The notes: generated by a model from the sequence alone, not told the origin. 64,000 nt of DNA from Kondoa subrosea (GCA_039545335.1 BCIN01000008.1:569528-633527); one strand, 5' to 3'. Positions 37,201-52,133 are shown, numbered from the stretch's first letter. A program made the numbers and translations.

Positions 37201-38846
37201 GTAAGGAAACGCCCGCTAATTGGTAAAGCGGTAATTCTCGGACTCTTGTCGTGTAGGCCTCTGCAGAACAAATAATGTCAACGAAGGGTCGCAAAATAAT
37301 GTTCAACATAGAAATACCGAGTTCTGCCTCTTCCTGCGCATCCAATCTTCCTGTCAACCTAGCAATCGTTTCGACCGTATCTCCTCCTCGATCAATAGGC
37401 GGATCCTCTGTCACACTGATGAGCTTATTGACATTGACTGTATGCAACAGCACGTACTGAATTTGTTTGATGATGGTAAAGGCGCCGCACCTTGAGGTTC
37501 TGCAGTCAGATTTGTTTGAAATTTCGGTCCGATTCGCTGAGAGCCAGATCAGAACGCCTTCATTCGCATACGTACATGCGACTTACCGATGATGCGCGAG
37601 GATAAAGTGAGTCATGCAATTCTGTGAGATAGCTATTGGCGAATGCAACAGATGCAATCTCCAACAAGCGACTCACCTGCAACAGTAGTGGGATCAGTAT
37701 GTGCACCATAATACCGGAATGGCCAATGTTGAAACATTCTAATCGATCTCGTATGTGCTTCGAGTACAGCAACCGATTCATCTGAATTTTCCGAGCAAGC
37801 TAAAGAAACTGCTTTCAGTTTGGCTTTAGCTTTGGAAGGTTTGCGATTCGAGTTAGCTGGTGCTGGAGCAGGAGGTGGTGAGACTCCTCGACGAGCACAT
37901 TCTTCTAATTCATCCGCTCTCCGTTGAGCACAAGGAGCACAAGACCAGCCGAAACCTCGACCTGGTCGATAGGATAAAGGAGGGTTGAGACATTGAAGAT
38001 GAAACGCTCGTAGACATTCGTCGCAGGTTACAGCTTCGGCGCTGGATTTGCCTATATGATCAGAATATCGCCAGATTGTGAGGTGATGATCATACCTTGT
38101 GGTGAACTTTTGGCAGACTGAGCAAGGATGTGCGACATTGCAAAGATCGTTGGCAACAGAGATCTCGCAAGCGATGAATTCGAAGCGCTCGTTCAGACAG
38201 GCCAAAACTTGTTCTAGTCTGATGGTCAAAGAAAGCTAACGTTTCGTTACATCAGACGAACCTGAAGCGTTCCGTATGCGCGTGGTAGGTACTACATCAA
38301 AGTAGCGATGCAAATAGCGATCGTAAAGCTTGATGGCCGTATCAGAAATGCGTAAACATGTAAGACAGGCTGCAAACACACCTGATTGTAGTAGAAAGCG
38401 TCAGGCCTACGTCTGTAAGCTTCCTGATCATCTCCAGGGAGATGATCGCGGTGCATGACTAGACATTTGCCTCGAATGTTGGAAACTGGAACAACGTCCG
38501 AATGCATTGAAGCCAGGATTCTTCGACCGTGTTGGGCAATGCGAGACCCAATATCCCTAGGACGCAAGTAGAAAGCCAACCGGATTTTTTCGCTTGACAT
38601 GAATTCCTGAACTCGGCCTATCATATAAGGCTGTGGGATTATCAGACTAGATACTGTGGGTGCTTATTCCATCAACGCACCTCTCCAGCACGCGATTCAT
38701 AAGGTGCTGCCACGAAAACATGATCTGATTCGACACATCAGTCAACAGCTGCTATGGCAAGACTGTCTGTGTCGCTGAAGCTGACCATTGACGAGCAAAT
38801 CTCCAATTCCCTGTACATGCAGAGACTGCAGAGGCATAGAAGACAT
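34213..38846 (-). CDS. SNT2: Snt2-like chromatin protein (BAH, PHD, SANT, GATA-like finger, extended PHD)
   Basis: BAH: PYMIGRVQEF...YLRPRDI...ASMHSD...IRGKC.V.H; PHD: CDEC..FHLQCLNPPL...GFGWSCAPC; HWPFRYYG; ePHD: FHVSCAWSAGYKFGF. Confidence 0.88.
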
Positions 38847-38972
38847 GGCTGAAGGCGGGATACAAGTCCTCGCTTGAAAGCAAAAGAGAGGCTTCTTGAT
38901 TGCAAGCGTCGATAACTCTTCAACCCAAGCCAATGCCAGCTCATCGGTGACCTCAATAAGTCGTACTCGACA

Positions 38973-40447
38973 ATGCCCAATGGACCTGCCCTGTCCAGGG
39001 TCGATTTTGTTAGCGGTGTACTTTACCAATTGCAGTCTTATCAAATTTCGTTGCTGATCGGGTGTTCCTCAACAGATCGCTCTACTCTTATTCGTAGTAG
39101 CTCTTTGGACTATGCGAGTACCCTCGCTTGTCTTGTCGTATTCTTCTTCTCATTTTGTTGCTTCGTCTTCAGATCCAGTTTCCTAACCAATGTATGTAAC
39201 TTCACTTATATTGCTCGTAAACGCTAATACTACTTCAGGCAATCCTCACCGGTCACGAAAACGATGGATTACATCACTACGACAAACCTTTCTTGGTAAC
39301 TTGGCTTTGTACATCAAGTTTCAGTCTTTACCTAATTCGACCTTTCGTACTGGATCCTCTTCTTCGACGCTATCGACCCACAGTCAAAATAGAACAACCT
39401 TCTTCCTCTTCTTATTCAGCAATTCCTAATAATGAAGGTGAATCCGCAACAAATCCAGCAGATAAACTCGACATGCGTCAAACTGCTCTTCTTGGTTTCC
39501 AATTCTGCGCAGTTTGGTTCGCCGCTAATTATTCTCTCAACGCCGCTTTGGCTCTTACAGCAGTATCAAGTACGACTGTGAGTCATTTACATCTTCTTAA
39601 GCGTCTCTTGCTTATGGATTTTGTTTTGATCACAGATCATGAGCAGCGTTTCTGGCTTCTTCACTCTCGCTCTAGGCCATATGCTAGGCTTAGAATCCTT
39701 CTCTCTCCTCAAATTATGCGCCGTAGCAGCAAGTATTGTGGGCGTTTCCCTCGTTTCTAAAGGCGACAGTGAAGCCGCACAACAAACTACTCTCAAAGCT
39801 CCTCTAATCGGCGATGCTTTGGCATTACTCTCTGCTGTGCTATATGCATGCTATGTATTGTTACTCAAGTTGAGAGTAGGGGATGAATCGAGGATATCGT
39901 ACGTCAACTTTCAGGATGAGCTTCCTGAAGCTTATAACGGATTCTGATGTACAGTATGACTCTCTTCTTCGGATTCGTCGGCATCTTCAACATCTTCTGT
40001 CTGTGGCCTTTTGGCGTTATCCTACACTATACAGGCGTAGAAACTTTCGAATGGCCAAGAGGGAGTGCTTTGATCTTTGGACTATGTATCAACGCGACTA
40101 TCACTTTGTGAGCTAAGACACAAGTCCCTTCAGAATGTTCTGATAGGTAAGTTGCGCGTTGTTCACAGTGTTTCCGACTTTGTCTATCTGATAGCAATGC
40201 TCAAAACTTCCCCCTTGACTGTCACTTTAGGCATGTCCTTGACGAGTGAGGTTCTCCACGTCTGAAACAAGAGGATTACTGAATCGAGGTTTCTGTATTA
40301 GTACCATGCGCTATCCTGGGAGATATACTGGAAGGCAACAATCCTCGAATATTAGACTTGATAGGTGCTGCTGTAGTAATAGTAAGTTTCGTAATAGTAG
40401 GTTTAGCAGATCACAGGGAAGCAGAATCAGGGGATGTAGAATCGTGA
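38973..40447 (+). CDS. DMT/EamA-type transporter (SLC35F5/Thi74-like)
   Basis: KPFLVTWLCTSSF, FCAVWFAANY, VSSTT.MSSVSGFFTL, GDALALLSAVLYACY, FFGFVGIFN, MLKTSPLTVTLGMSLT.P. Confidence 0.88.
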
Positions 40448-40654
40448 TCTCTTTCCCTGAATTGTACTAAAGCATTTTTTTGTAATTAGATTTCTGGATA
40501 TATAGAGACAAAGTGGAAATATGAACAATGCATAACATGATCCAAAGAATGTTCTGACTACAACAAAGCTATTGCACAAATGTAGGGATTATTAGTTTAC
40601 ATGCCTTTTGCGGTTTCCATTAACTCGACTAGTTCATTGTCCGTAGTTTCCATA

Positions 40655-43600
40655 CTAGATTCTCATCCGATAGAAGTAAATGTAAGCTGATCTTGTCATC
40701 TGCAAAATAATGAGACTGAATAAAGCTCTGCGTTCAAGATTAGGCGCAAACTCACTTTTCGAACATCATTTTCGTCAATATGTTGAATCCTAGAATCGCC
40801 TATATGCGACCACTGGTTTCGACTTCGAACAGCAGCAGTGTCTAACAAAAATATGAGTGTCTAGTAACACAGCATCACATTGACTCACAATGACCACTGC
40901 TCAGTGTACCGAAATGTTGGCTGACAGCATACAGATCATAAAGAGCTGTGGTTTGAGAAATACTCTGAAGCTTCTGATCTGGTGTATTGTATAGATTAGA
41001 TGTTTGCGACATTGAAGGAGCAGGGACGAAAGGTGTTAGGTCCAGACCATAAATGGGAAATTGTACGGGTGTGTCGATCTTATCCGAGAAATGACCCTTG
41101 AAGGAGAAACGCTTTAGGTGAATTACAAGTATAGGCGGTAGTCGAGCCAGAGTCAGCTGTTTTGTCGCTTTCCGGGGCACTTTGCATTGCGGGCAATTCC
41201 TGTAGAATTTCACCTCAGCGTTGTATGAACCATCGTAACGAAAGTACTAACCATGCATCAGCCTTTTCAAGCACTTCTTCCTTTACGAAAGCCGCTAGGC
41301 AATCTTCCAGCGTTACTTTCGCGCCTCTCGTTGACGGAACGGGCAGCGACAGATACATGAAGGTATTGTATGTCGTAGAGGTCTGCATCGATTTGAGTAC
41401 AACATATTGTCCGAATGATACAGACATACCTTTCCGCAAGTCTGACATTGCATCCTATTCTTATACTGCCCTTGGAACCAATGAACGATGAAACTGTTAT
41501 CCCGTCGTAAGTATATCGACCATTCCCTTTGGCTTGCAACAGCTGTCGGTAGTACTTCTAGCTCTGCTTCTCTTTCTGGCGTAAGCTCGATCGGAGGTGG
41601 CTTCTTTTGAACGAGATTCAGATCTTCATGCAGGCCGTCAAGTAAGAAAGCGAGAAACTCTTGCGAGTCATGTTGATCTGTTCCTCTAAATTGCTCTGCG
41701 AACCTACATATCGCATCCTGTGCAACAACATCAATCAGAGTTTCGGTATCAAGTATGAAAACTCACGCGGAAAGTGACAGGAGAGACAAAAGTATACGTC
41801 TCGCTCCAAAGCACGCCAAAAAGCTGAGCGACAGCTTCCGCTAAAGCACCTCTTGTACCCAGAGGATTGACATGATTGACTTGTCGCTTGAAACTGCCGT
41901 CTTTGAAGTATCGTGCAAACGGTATCGTTGCTGATAGACATTGAATGGTTGAGTTCATGTAGCATGTGTTGCCCAAGTTCTTTAGACCAGTCATTCCTAC
42001 TGTCCCGTCAAACCAATCTAACGGCACTGTAGATTGAGAAGAGTGGGATAAAGCAGTAGAAGCGAGGTAATTTGAGGAGAGTCTTCTGTTCTGAGGTGCG
42101 ATAGGTGGCGGCCTTGATGGTGAGCCGTTGGGCTGAGCAGCTAGAGGAGGTCTTTGTAGAGCTGAAGGTGCGAGAGAAGGGTAGTCGAAAGAATGCATCG
42201 GTTTGCTTGAGATAGTAGGCAGGTTACCATATGCTTGAGATCTGGGCATAGGAGTAGGATTGTATGGAATCGGTGCAACAGGCATGTCGTAATTTGGTGC
42301 TGAACCTGTTTTCTGCGCAGCTTGTTGTGGCATAGCTACAGAAGGACTGAGAGGGCCGCCAGAAAAGGAAGAGGAATTTGATGGGACAACAGGACGTGAG
42401 AAATAGTTTACAGGCGGTTGAGCTTCAGGCTGTTTATACGATGTACCGCCAATCTATTTCTCAAACATCAGCCCTTATTGAACGAGAGAGGTGTAAGAAC
42501 TTACAACATCGACCACAGATCGTGCGATACTAGGGGAATACACCTCTCCGCCCATCACAGCTTTCCTGTTCAGCCTCTTGTTCTCCGGACTTGCGTTTTC
42601 CAAACTTCCACTACGACTACTTCTTCCTTCCAATTTCGCTTTCGCTTCTCTAACTCCTTCCTGTTCAATCTCCTCACCTACCAAACCTTGTTTGCCAATC
42701 TCCTTCTTCCAAGCTTGCAATCCACCAACAAGAAGCACAGGCGGTCTTTGTAAAGGTAAACCAAATTCCCTAGTATACAAAGCAATATTGAGATTCCAAA
42801 TGTAATACTTTTCATCTTCTGAAACCATAGGTTGAGTAGTAGATATACTTGTAGAAGAAGAATCGCATAAGACAATCAGATCGAAATCTCTTCGGTTCTT
42901 GAAAATTGTCTGTTCTTCAGGAGGAGAATCAAAGAGTGAAGCTTCTAGATCTTTTGATGTCCTTTCTCGACGTAGAATGATAGGTTCTATACATATCGAT
43001 TCCAGCGAAGTGAATCTAGAAGAGCCGATTCTGAGGTTGGAATAGGATGAACGTGTTCGAATGTCGAGTAGAAGAATTTTGGGAGGTATAGAAGCGATCA
43101 AGTAGGACCATAAGGCAGAAGGCAAGACTGCATTAGTGAAAGGTAACGTTGGACTGTTTGGTGGTTTGCGAGGTACAACAGGTAGTGGGCCTCTTACTGC
43201 GCCAGTTCGTTGTAGAGAATTTCTATTAGACGTAGGAGAAGTCGGAGAAGAAGGAGAAGCAGAAGTAGCTATGCCGTTCGTTTGACCAAAAGGTGTTGGT
43301 CTGTCGAATTCTACAGCTGTAGGCGTTTTGCCCAACGGTTCGGGAGGTTGCTTTCTCGCTTTACCAGGATCAGCAGTAGGTACACTCGGGAATTGAGGAA
43401 ACTGATTTTCTAGCTCGTCTACGGAAGGGAAATTTCCCTCAAACTCAGAAAGCGAGGGCATCACAGAAGGTCTTTTGGGTTGTGGTGATGGTGGCTCTTC
43501 TTGATCTTGTTGTGATAGTAGATCGTCGAGTAGGTTCACAGCTGGTGAGGATGGTCTTCTTCCGTATGGTGTAGAATCATCCTGTAAACGCGCCGACAAT

Positions 43601-44444
43601 CTCGATCGAGAAGAGGAAGATGTCACTTGAGGCGATATAGTAGTAGGCGTGTCGATATTCATGGATGATGTTGAAGGAGTCTTGTGTAGTGGAATGGTCA
43701 CAGAGGGTTCGTCTTCTGCCATTGAGCTAGAATACGGAATGGGAGGCGGACTTGAGTACTTGCGAATAGGAGCTCTTGATGTAGATGCTTGAGGATGACT
43801 GCTTGATGATATGCCAGATACTTTGAGACCAGCAGACTGGAGAGCAGCCATTCTTTGCGCAATGCTATTCGGTCGAACTGGTTCCTCATCTGCAGCAGCA
43901 GAAGTTGCCAATTCTGGACTGGAAGGCATTGTAGGCGAAGTAGGCGCAGATGTCAAAGTAGGAGAGAAGCTTTTCGAAGGAAGTTCAGTTTCGTACGAGC
44001 TCATGCCTAATATTTGGATGCTCACGCTAGAGAATTTGTGTTTGGTGAGGCAGAACCATTCATGTGTCCATTAGACACAGAAGTACCATGATCTAGCCTG
44101 TCTTGCAGCTGAGCTTGCAATGCCTTGGTTCTCGACATAGCAGGTTGCAATCTTTCCCTCAATTGCTGATAAGTGTTCCAATTAGGTGAAGCTTTGTTCT
44201 GCATCGCTTGCTTGTACTCGGCATGATTAATAATGATGGACATGATGCCAATCCATTTCATATAGCCAACATAAGCTTTCTCGAGCGATTCCGAATCTGC
44301 TCTGCCCAAGTCAAGAGGAACGAAGCTGTCTGTCTTTGAGACTTGATCATGAGTCTTGCGAGCGATCTCTATCCAGGATTTGAGCGAATACGAGCTATCT
44401 GAGGCCACTTCCGCCTGTTTCTTGAGCAATGCGATAGGCGTCAT
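40655..44444 (-). CDS. DOA4: Ubiquitin-specific protease, Doa4/USP8 type (MIT-like, rhodanese, C19 catalytic domain)
   Basis: GLKNLGNTCYMNS..QCL, QHDSQEFL.FLLDGLHEDLN, LPPILVIHLKRF, HFGTLSSGH; rhodanese-like LLLDIR...LVGGLQAW. Confidence 0.92.
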
Positions 44445-44827
44445 GACTTGGGATAGCAACGAAAGGGGTAACAAGGCTCTCTGAGCTATGGTATCATCAC
44501 TCGCTTGCGGCAGGCCCTGGTATGTGTCAATGACTGCTGCGGACCTTGGCGAAGTCGGTTGCAATGGGACGAGCACTCAAGACCTACAATCTTACATCTC
44601 CTACAATTCATGAGACATCTCTCCACTTCTCTACAATATGTCTACACTGTGTTCAAATTACAGGCAGTCCTGAGGAAATTGTGTGCAGGAGCCATTGCGT
44701 AGTAAGAAGCAATGACCATCAATCCATAGAGTAAAGCGTCGAGGCGTGACTGTATGCGAGAGTCAGGTGTAGCAGTAGTAGTAGTATAAGAAGTCAAGAC
44801 ATAGCAGGGTGATTTTGTGGCATGCCT

Positions 44828-46361
44828 TTATGCGAAGATCGCGAGACGAGGGTGAATCTGCACAAATCACATGAGCCAGACGCCTATCATAAAGCTATTG
44901 CGTACCTCCACTGGATTATTGAACCTGAGGTTCCTGTTCAGTCCGGAGATGGACTTCATTTCTTCTTCGTTAAGATCAAACGAATTGGCATTTAAATTGG
45001 AAGCAAGACGTTCGGCCTGTTATGAATTTGATCAGCAAGTCACACGTTCTCAGCTAACAGAGGAACTAACGTTCGTTGATTTGGGAATGACGGCAATGCC
45101 TTGAGTTGTGGCCCATCGAAGCAAAACTTCAGCCGGAGCTGAAGATTAATGAATTAACGCCGCAAACTCATCCATGGTGTTGATGAGAACCTACTCTTAT
45201 TGTGCTTCTTTGCGATAGAAGCAATCTCATCCACTTCAAACAGAGAAGACACGCTTTTGCCCTAGACATGAAAAGTTTCGCGACCGCTTTCATCGAGTGC
45301 GGCAAATCAATCCGTACCATATCAAGCTCGAACCAGGATTGAGGTCCGAAAGATGAATATGCCGTTATCGCTATACCAAGATCTTTAGCCAGAGCGATAA
45401 GAGGTCTAAGGCATCCAAATCAGCTGGTGTCCAAGTATAGAAGAAAGAGATCTACTCTTGAGTTAAAAGAGGGTGGATCTCGACTTGAAGTGCGGCAGGA
45501 GGAACCTTGGCATAGCGATGAAGATCCAGTAGAAGGGAGCCATTGAAGTTGCTAGAAAACGAGTGAGCTTGTGATGTTGTAATATGAGTAGGTTACGCAC
45601 GAGACCCCGATAGCTTTGGCTTTCCCAGAATCATAGATCTCTTCCATTGCTTCCCATGTTTGCTGGATAGGTACGTTCTCTATCTGTACATCTTTATCAC
45701 CGTCCACAGCCCAACCTCAAAATGCATCAATCAATAATACATCCGGCAGAAGTCGAAAGAAGTACTTACCTGGTGGGTATCTGACTGAGGGATGTACGTA
45801 GGCCAGAGAGATGGGGAAATGTATAAGATACAGATCAAAATAAGAAAGACCCCAATCTTGCTGCAGCTATAAGTCAGCAATAGATCGCCAGAACAGAGAG
45901 AGTAAGTCACCAGTTGTCTATCAACGACTTTCAGAGCCTCATTCTTCTTGTGGAAGGAATTCCAGAGTTTCGAGACCTGCTCATATGGCGTGAGAAACAC
46001 TCATGTCTAGTGAAAGTCGACGCACAATGAATAGATCTTCTCGTTTGACGAGACCTTCTTGAATAGCACGTGCTACACCCTGGCCGCACTCTTGCTCATT
46101 CCCATAATCGCAAGCTCCGTCGAAGAGTCGGTAGCCTGCCTTGATCTGCAAACCACTTATGAGCTACACAAAATAGACAGATCCATCGAAGCCTTACCGC
46201 TTCATAGACTGTATCAGCAGCTTGCTCCTTCGACACTTTCCAAAGCCCTACAAGCGAAGATCAGCACAATGACGATCATCCCTCGTCCAGGCTGTTTGCG
46301 CACCAAAGCCTATCTGAGGCATCTCCTTTCCAGTGTTGAATTTCACAGTAGGCACAGTCAT
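44828..46361 (-). CDS. Aldo-keto reductase, xylose reductase (AKR2B/Gre3)-like
   Basis: [63 protein letters not shown]. Confidence 0.92.
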
Positions 46362-46719
46362 ATCTTCTAAAGCCAGTGGCAGTCGCTTGTTGACGCTTGA
46401 ATCAAGTTGTGCTCTTGACCTCGAACACCCATCCAATCACGAATGGTTTGAGCAAGACGAAGAGGCATCGCTGATTGCTCAGAAATGGATCAGAATCACT
46501 CGAAGCCTGACTTCTGGCAGATCAAACCAGACCTCGCTCGTCTAAACTCAGCAAACTGCAATAACGTCTTCGCTTGCCTACATCCTGCTTACCGGACATT
46601 TGGACCTTGTATACATGCTTCAAGCCTGGCAATTATTATATACTGCTCTTGGGAGCCTATTCGGACGCATAAACAAGTACCGGTACAGAGCACTTACAGA
46701 GCAAGGCTTCAAGCAATAT

Positions 46720-47339
46720 AACAAGCCATAGTTCTGCTGTCCGTGGTTCTTCTGTTCCGAGAACTCATCATCAATTGAAGGAGAAATCTGGAAGCTCGAA
46801 TCGGTCTTCTCTTGAACACGCCCTACATCGCTACAACAATCATTTAAGCGAACACTAGCGAACATCGTCAATGTTGCTGCGCACTTTAACCTTACTCTCT
46901 CGACGGACCTGATAGAGTTGGGCCTTATTCGAACAGCAAGCTTTGAGCAAAAACAGATGCAAAAACTCCGGCAACATGTATTGCAGTATGTCCTTCTCTG
47001 CCTTTTGTGTGCCCATAGAGCATCGTCCGTGACACGCAAGCATTAACGCTGATTCAATGCACTACGGGCACATAGTTTTGGTTTCTGGGAGCTGATCCTC
47101 AAGCTCGCAACATTCGAGTCATCTCTTCTCTTGATTTCTTCTTTGCACCTTTCATCGATCCTTTCTTCTCTTTGCAAGCTTCTGGCAAGTGATCTTGGTC
47201 GGATTGACCACTGGCCCTTCAGTTCGCTGGGTACATCTTGTACTTGTGGAAGCAATCGATTCACGAGATCTGAAATCAATAGTATATGAATTCGGGGCTT
47301 AATCGCGGATGCTTTGCTCTTGTGTAGTGTAGTATCCAT
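46720..47339 (-). CDS. Possible orphan gene
   Basis: ORFs 47043-47339 and 46855-47043 lie in the divergent position to NTO1; splice pattern unresolved. Confidence 0.3.
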
Positions 47340-47476
47340 GTAGCACGTAACTCTGCCTCTGCTTGCAACTTAGCTCGACCACTCACCAGTTTGACCTGTA
47401 TTTACTTTTTGCTCTTGAACACCATTCGATACCCGCGCCTATAGGCTACAGCTGGTTTATAACCTCTGCGCAAACG

Positions 47477-50400
47477 ATGGTGCATTCCCTATCGCTGTAT
47501 GGCCGCCCATTACCCAAAGCAGCTGACTTACCAGTCGTCAAATGCATTCGAATTGAAGAAGATGCTGTTCAAGTCGAGAAACCTCTAGCTAAAGAGTTTG
47601 AACAATTTGGATATGTGACACAAGGCAATTGGACCAGACCGGACAATTATGTGAGATGGATACGTGAGCTACAGATGTTACTCAGCAAAGGTTAAGCGAA
47701 TCTGAAAGTAAAGGTTGTTATAGAACCTATGGAACAGGATCTGGCTGCTCAAGTGGAATATGATATGGATGAGCAGGGTATGCGAACGTCCAGCGAGTCG
47801 GTAACAATTCTAAGCCTTGGCTCGACAGACAAAGAATGGCTAGATCAAGTGAATACTGAACGAAGCAAGGTCAACCAGAATGAAGTCCCTTATGAGCTCT
47901 TTGAAGTCATCATGGACAAGTTGGAGAAAGATTGGTTTGATCTGGTCAGTCCTTTTAACGCACACGAAGATCTTCTTTCGCTTAGATGGGTTCAACAGAA
48001 TTCTAAGATTCCCAAGAAGGACGTTGTTATGGGCGTGGAAGACTCAATCTGTGCTGTTTGCGACGACGGAGAATGTGAGGGCAACAATGCAATTGTCTTC
48101 TGCGATGGTTGTAATTTGGCTGTTCACCAAGGTAATATCATCAACTGGTGGAAGAGTTTGGCTGATCAGTCTGATTAGATTGCTATGGCGTGCCATACAT
48201 CCCTGAAGGACAATGGTTATGTCGTAAATGTACTGTATCGCCTGATAGGCCTGTTGTGAGTGTGTTCCGGTCGAATTTTGATGATGGCTTACATGAAGTA
48301 GTCCTGCATCCTCTGCCCTGTTGAAGCTGGAGCATTCAAACAAACGACTTCCAACTCCTGGGCACATCTACTCTGTGTACTTTACATTCCAGAAGTAGCT
48401 GTAGCCAACTCAATCTATATGGAACCGATTGACGGCATCGAGCATATACCCAAAGGAAGATGGAAGCTCAACTGTTATCTCTGTCACAAGAAAGTCGGAG
48501 CTTGCATTCAATGCGCTAGGAAAACTTGCTTTACTGCTTTTCATGTCGCTTGCGCTAGAGAATATGGTCTGAGCTTAGGTTTCACTAGAGCGGATTTGTA
48601 CAATGATCAAATTCCAGATCACAAAGCTTACTGTCACAAACACACGCCGGTAAGATCTCCCTCCGTCCCATTCCTAGCCTTTCATGATTTGTATGTTTCA
48701 GATTGTTGAACTGGAAGAAGGAGAAGCTGGAGAATCTCAACAAACACCTCGAAGTTTTCCGCATCCTTCTACTCAGAAACGAAAACGAGCACCATCACCT
48801 CCTTCCAATGCGCCTCGACCTAAAAAAAGGAAAGCTGGAAAACAAGCAAAAGCATACAACAAATCTTTCGCTTCTACTGGTCCTCCTGTAGTACCTCAGA
48901 TTATCTTTGATGGAGTTATTGAATATATCAAGAAATTGAGATTGACTAACAGCAAAGGTTTTGTTAGTCTTGTGTGTCGGTATTGGAGTTTGAAAAGAGA
49001 AGCTAGAAGAGGTGCTGGATTTCTCAAGAGATTGCATTTGGAGGTGAGTGTGTTTGTCAAATGTGTTCGGGCAAAAGTCTTAGGTTGAATTTCTAGCCCT
49101 GGACTGCTTCTGCTTCTAATCGGCAACAGAACGAAGTGGAAAGAGCGAAGAAGCTTGAGGTCAGTCTGACAATTGACCTACTCAGGATCGTGCTGATAGG
49201 GTCACTTGCTGCTGACAGCTCATGCATAAGCTACGCCACGATTTGGACAACCTGCGCATGCTTTGTGATTTTGTGAAGAAACGAGAGCTCAAGAAGAAGA
49301 AGCGGGCAGAAGTACTGAAAGATATAGTAGCTATGTCGCTTTTCCCGCTTTCTGGTCAACTGAAAGAAGAGTTCAACAAGATCAAAGCGTGCGCAATTCA
49401 ATTAAAGATGAATATTTCAGAGGCTAACGATGCTTCTGTAGCCTTGATACTCCAAATCGTTTCGGTCCGATCGTTGTGCAAGCTAACGTGCCAGATTACT
49501 ACGATGTCATCAAAGAACCCATGTTCTGGGAGACGATTGATTCTAGGCTGGAAGATCACTACTACTCCACGGCCGCTGACTTGAAGGTATGAAATTTTTG
49601 CAACGTATTGATGAAGCTCAAACAGATCAACAGGAGGACGTGTTGCTCACTTTGAAGAATGCTCGAACTTACAATCCTGTCGGACACATTTTCCACAAAG
49701 CGTCTGCAATTCTCGAACAAAAGGCAGCGCCTATCTTGGCAGCTATTGATGACCTTGATTCTGACATGGCTCAACAATATCGAGCCGGTATACAAGCAAT
49801 GATGACTGAAGAGAAGCTCAAAGGTCTGCTTGCATTCGATCCCGACCTGCCTGAAATCACTCCACCTCCTTCACCTGAACAACCAAAATCTCTCAAGGTG
49901 TCCTTGGCAAAGAAGAAGCAGCAAAGCTTCAGCATCGAACTCCCAGCCAAAAGAACCAGATCATCGAAAGCTCACGAGGGACCGACTACGCCTGTCGCGA
50001 GTACTTCAGCTCTGCCAGAGGAAGGCTCTAGATCTTTCGAAATCCTTATTGTTTCGCCAGAAAAGGGAACTGCTCACAAGGTGTTATCAAAACGAGAAAA
50101 GCGAGCACTCGAAAAGAAAAGGAAAGGAGAAAGGCTTAGAGAACGGTCTGCTTCTAAGAGGGCAGCGAAATCTACGAAACCTGATTCTCCGCAAGAGCAA
50201 GACGAACTTTTACCTTCAGATGATATAGATCCAGAAAGCATGCGAGGAACGATCGATCTCCCCTCGGAAGTCTTAGAGGCAGTCGAAGAACCTGGTGCGT
50301 GTATTTCTCAGGGTCATATTGAGCTGAAGCTAAAATGTCGAAATAGCACCACCACAAAAGGGAGGCAAACGCAAATCAGGTGGTCGAAAGAAGGGACCCC

Positions 50401-52036
50401 AGAAGAAGAACGTCAAAACTGGTGCCAGTCAAGTTCCGATTGTTGTGGACACAGTGCTGTCCAGCGATTTATCAGAACTATCAGACTTGAGCGAATCTGA
50501 ACCTGAACAAGCATCTGAACGAGAAGAAGAACAGAACGTAGAGGAAGTCCAAGAAGATGTAGTTGAAGTGCCGGCTTCACGTACCACTCGCAAAACGGGC
50601 AAAGGTAGTAAGGGCGGACGGAGAAAGCTCAGCCCCGTTGCTGCTGGTTTGCCTGTTCCAGAGTCTGCTCCCAATGCTACGGATGTGGAAGAAGAGTCGA
50701 AGCCGGACGAGATAGGTGAAACTCCAATCGAGGATCAAGCCGAAGCAACAACAGCGCCAATGATTCAAGCTACGCGGAGCTCATCTTCAGCACTATCAGA
50801 ATTGGACGATGCTTCTCAATCGGACCAAGCAGATTCAGGCGAAGTCGTTTCAGCTCAGCTCAATCCAAACGCGAAAGGCAAAGGACGAGCGCAAGAACTG
50901 CCAGGAGGCAGAAAGAAGAAGACTACAACCAAACCAAGATCGTCTTCTACTTTACATGCCTCACCAAGAACGCGCAAATCCGCACAAAAAGAAGCCGAAT
51001 TCATTGCTGAATCTCAATTACCAGCTAGCAGTTTAATTGCCGAACCTTCTCAACCTGTCGAAACTGTTGATCAGCCTTCACCTGTTCGAGCTGGTCGTAA
51101 GAGGGGTCGGAGTTCGGCTGCAAGCGTAGCGCCAGTTTCTGCACCACCTAAGAAACGGGCTCGGAAGTCTGCAAAACCGTCCGTCATGCCTGCACAAGAT
51201 GAAGAAGTTCCTGCTGCCGGACCGATTTCTGCTGCCATCCAACCCGAACCAGGACTGGAGGAAGAAGAGGAGCAAGAGCCGAAAGTTGTAACCGAAGAGA
51301 AGCCTGTCGCACCTGTATCGAAATCGAAGGCTCAAGTGAAATATCCTAAGAAACCTCGACTTCAAATACCTTCCCATCTTCTCGAAAAATGGAATTTTAC
51401 AGATGATGATCCGCCTGCAGATGGTGATCAAGTGTAAGTTTCGCGTCGAATGAAGCATTCCCACATTCTCCAAACATATGTATGATTTGCAGTTGGGCAA
51501 GATATCAGGGGTGCTGGTGGGCTAGTGAGAGTGAATGGATTCTCTTGCGTTTCGTTGAGACTAGCACTGACATTGTTTTCTCCTAGTTGTTGATCCCGAA
51601 AAAGCTGTAGACCTGCCCAAAGATGTTGCAAAAGCGCGACCGAAGAATGGTGATTCCTGGCTCATTCAATACTTTGATACAACTCAATGGTCAGTTACCT
51701 TTTAGTTGTCGTAGCCTTACTCCTGCTGATCCCAATGGCTGCGCTATCTACAGGAGCTGGGTTTCGAAGAAAAACCTTCTTCTACCTATGGGAGATTGTC
51801 CTGAACTGGATAAACTGATGGAAGATCACGCTGAGCTACCATCCAGTGAGCGAGAGCTCATGGTCAATGGAATAGCGCGAGCCAAACGGGAAAGGTCAGT
51901 CAATCCTGGATATTTCTTTTTGTAGCTGGTATGAAACTTTTTGGGGTGCAGAGAATCAGCTGAAGAAGCAGCTCAAGAGGAGGGCGATCAAGGTGCTTAT
52001 GAAAGTGGTGTAGCAATGGAAGATATAGATGAATGA
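47477..52036 (+). CDS. NTO1: NuA3 scaffold Nto1/BRPF-like protein (EPL1, PHD-Zn knuckle-PHD, bromodomain, PWWP-like)
   Basis: [17 protein letters not shown]...[58 protein letters not shown]...[17 protein letters not shown]. Confidence 0.93.
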
Positions 52037-52133
52037 TTGGGTATGCGAAATGTACAATATATCGAATGTCTTTGGGGTTCTAATCTACAATGCTATGATC
52101 CTCTTTCACTTTCCTTTCTCGACCGGACTTATA

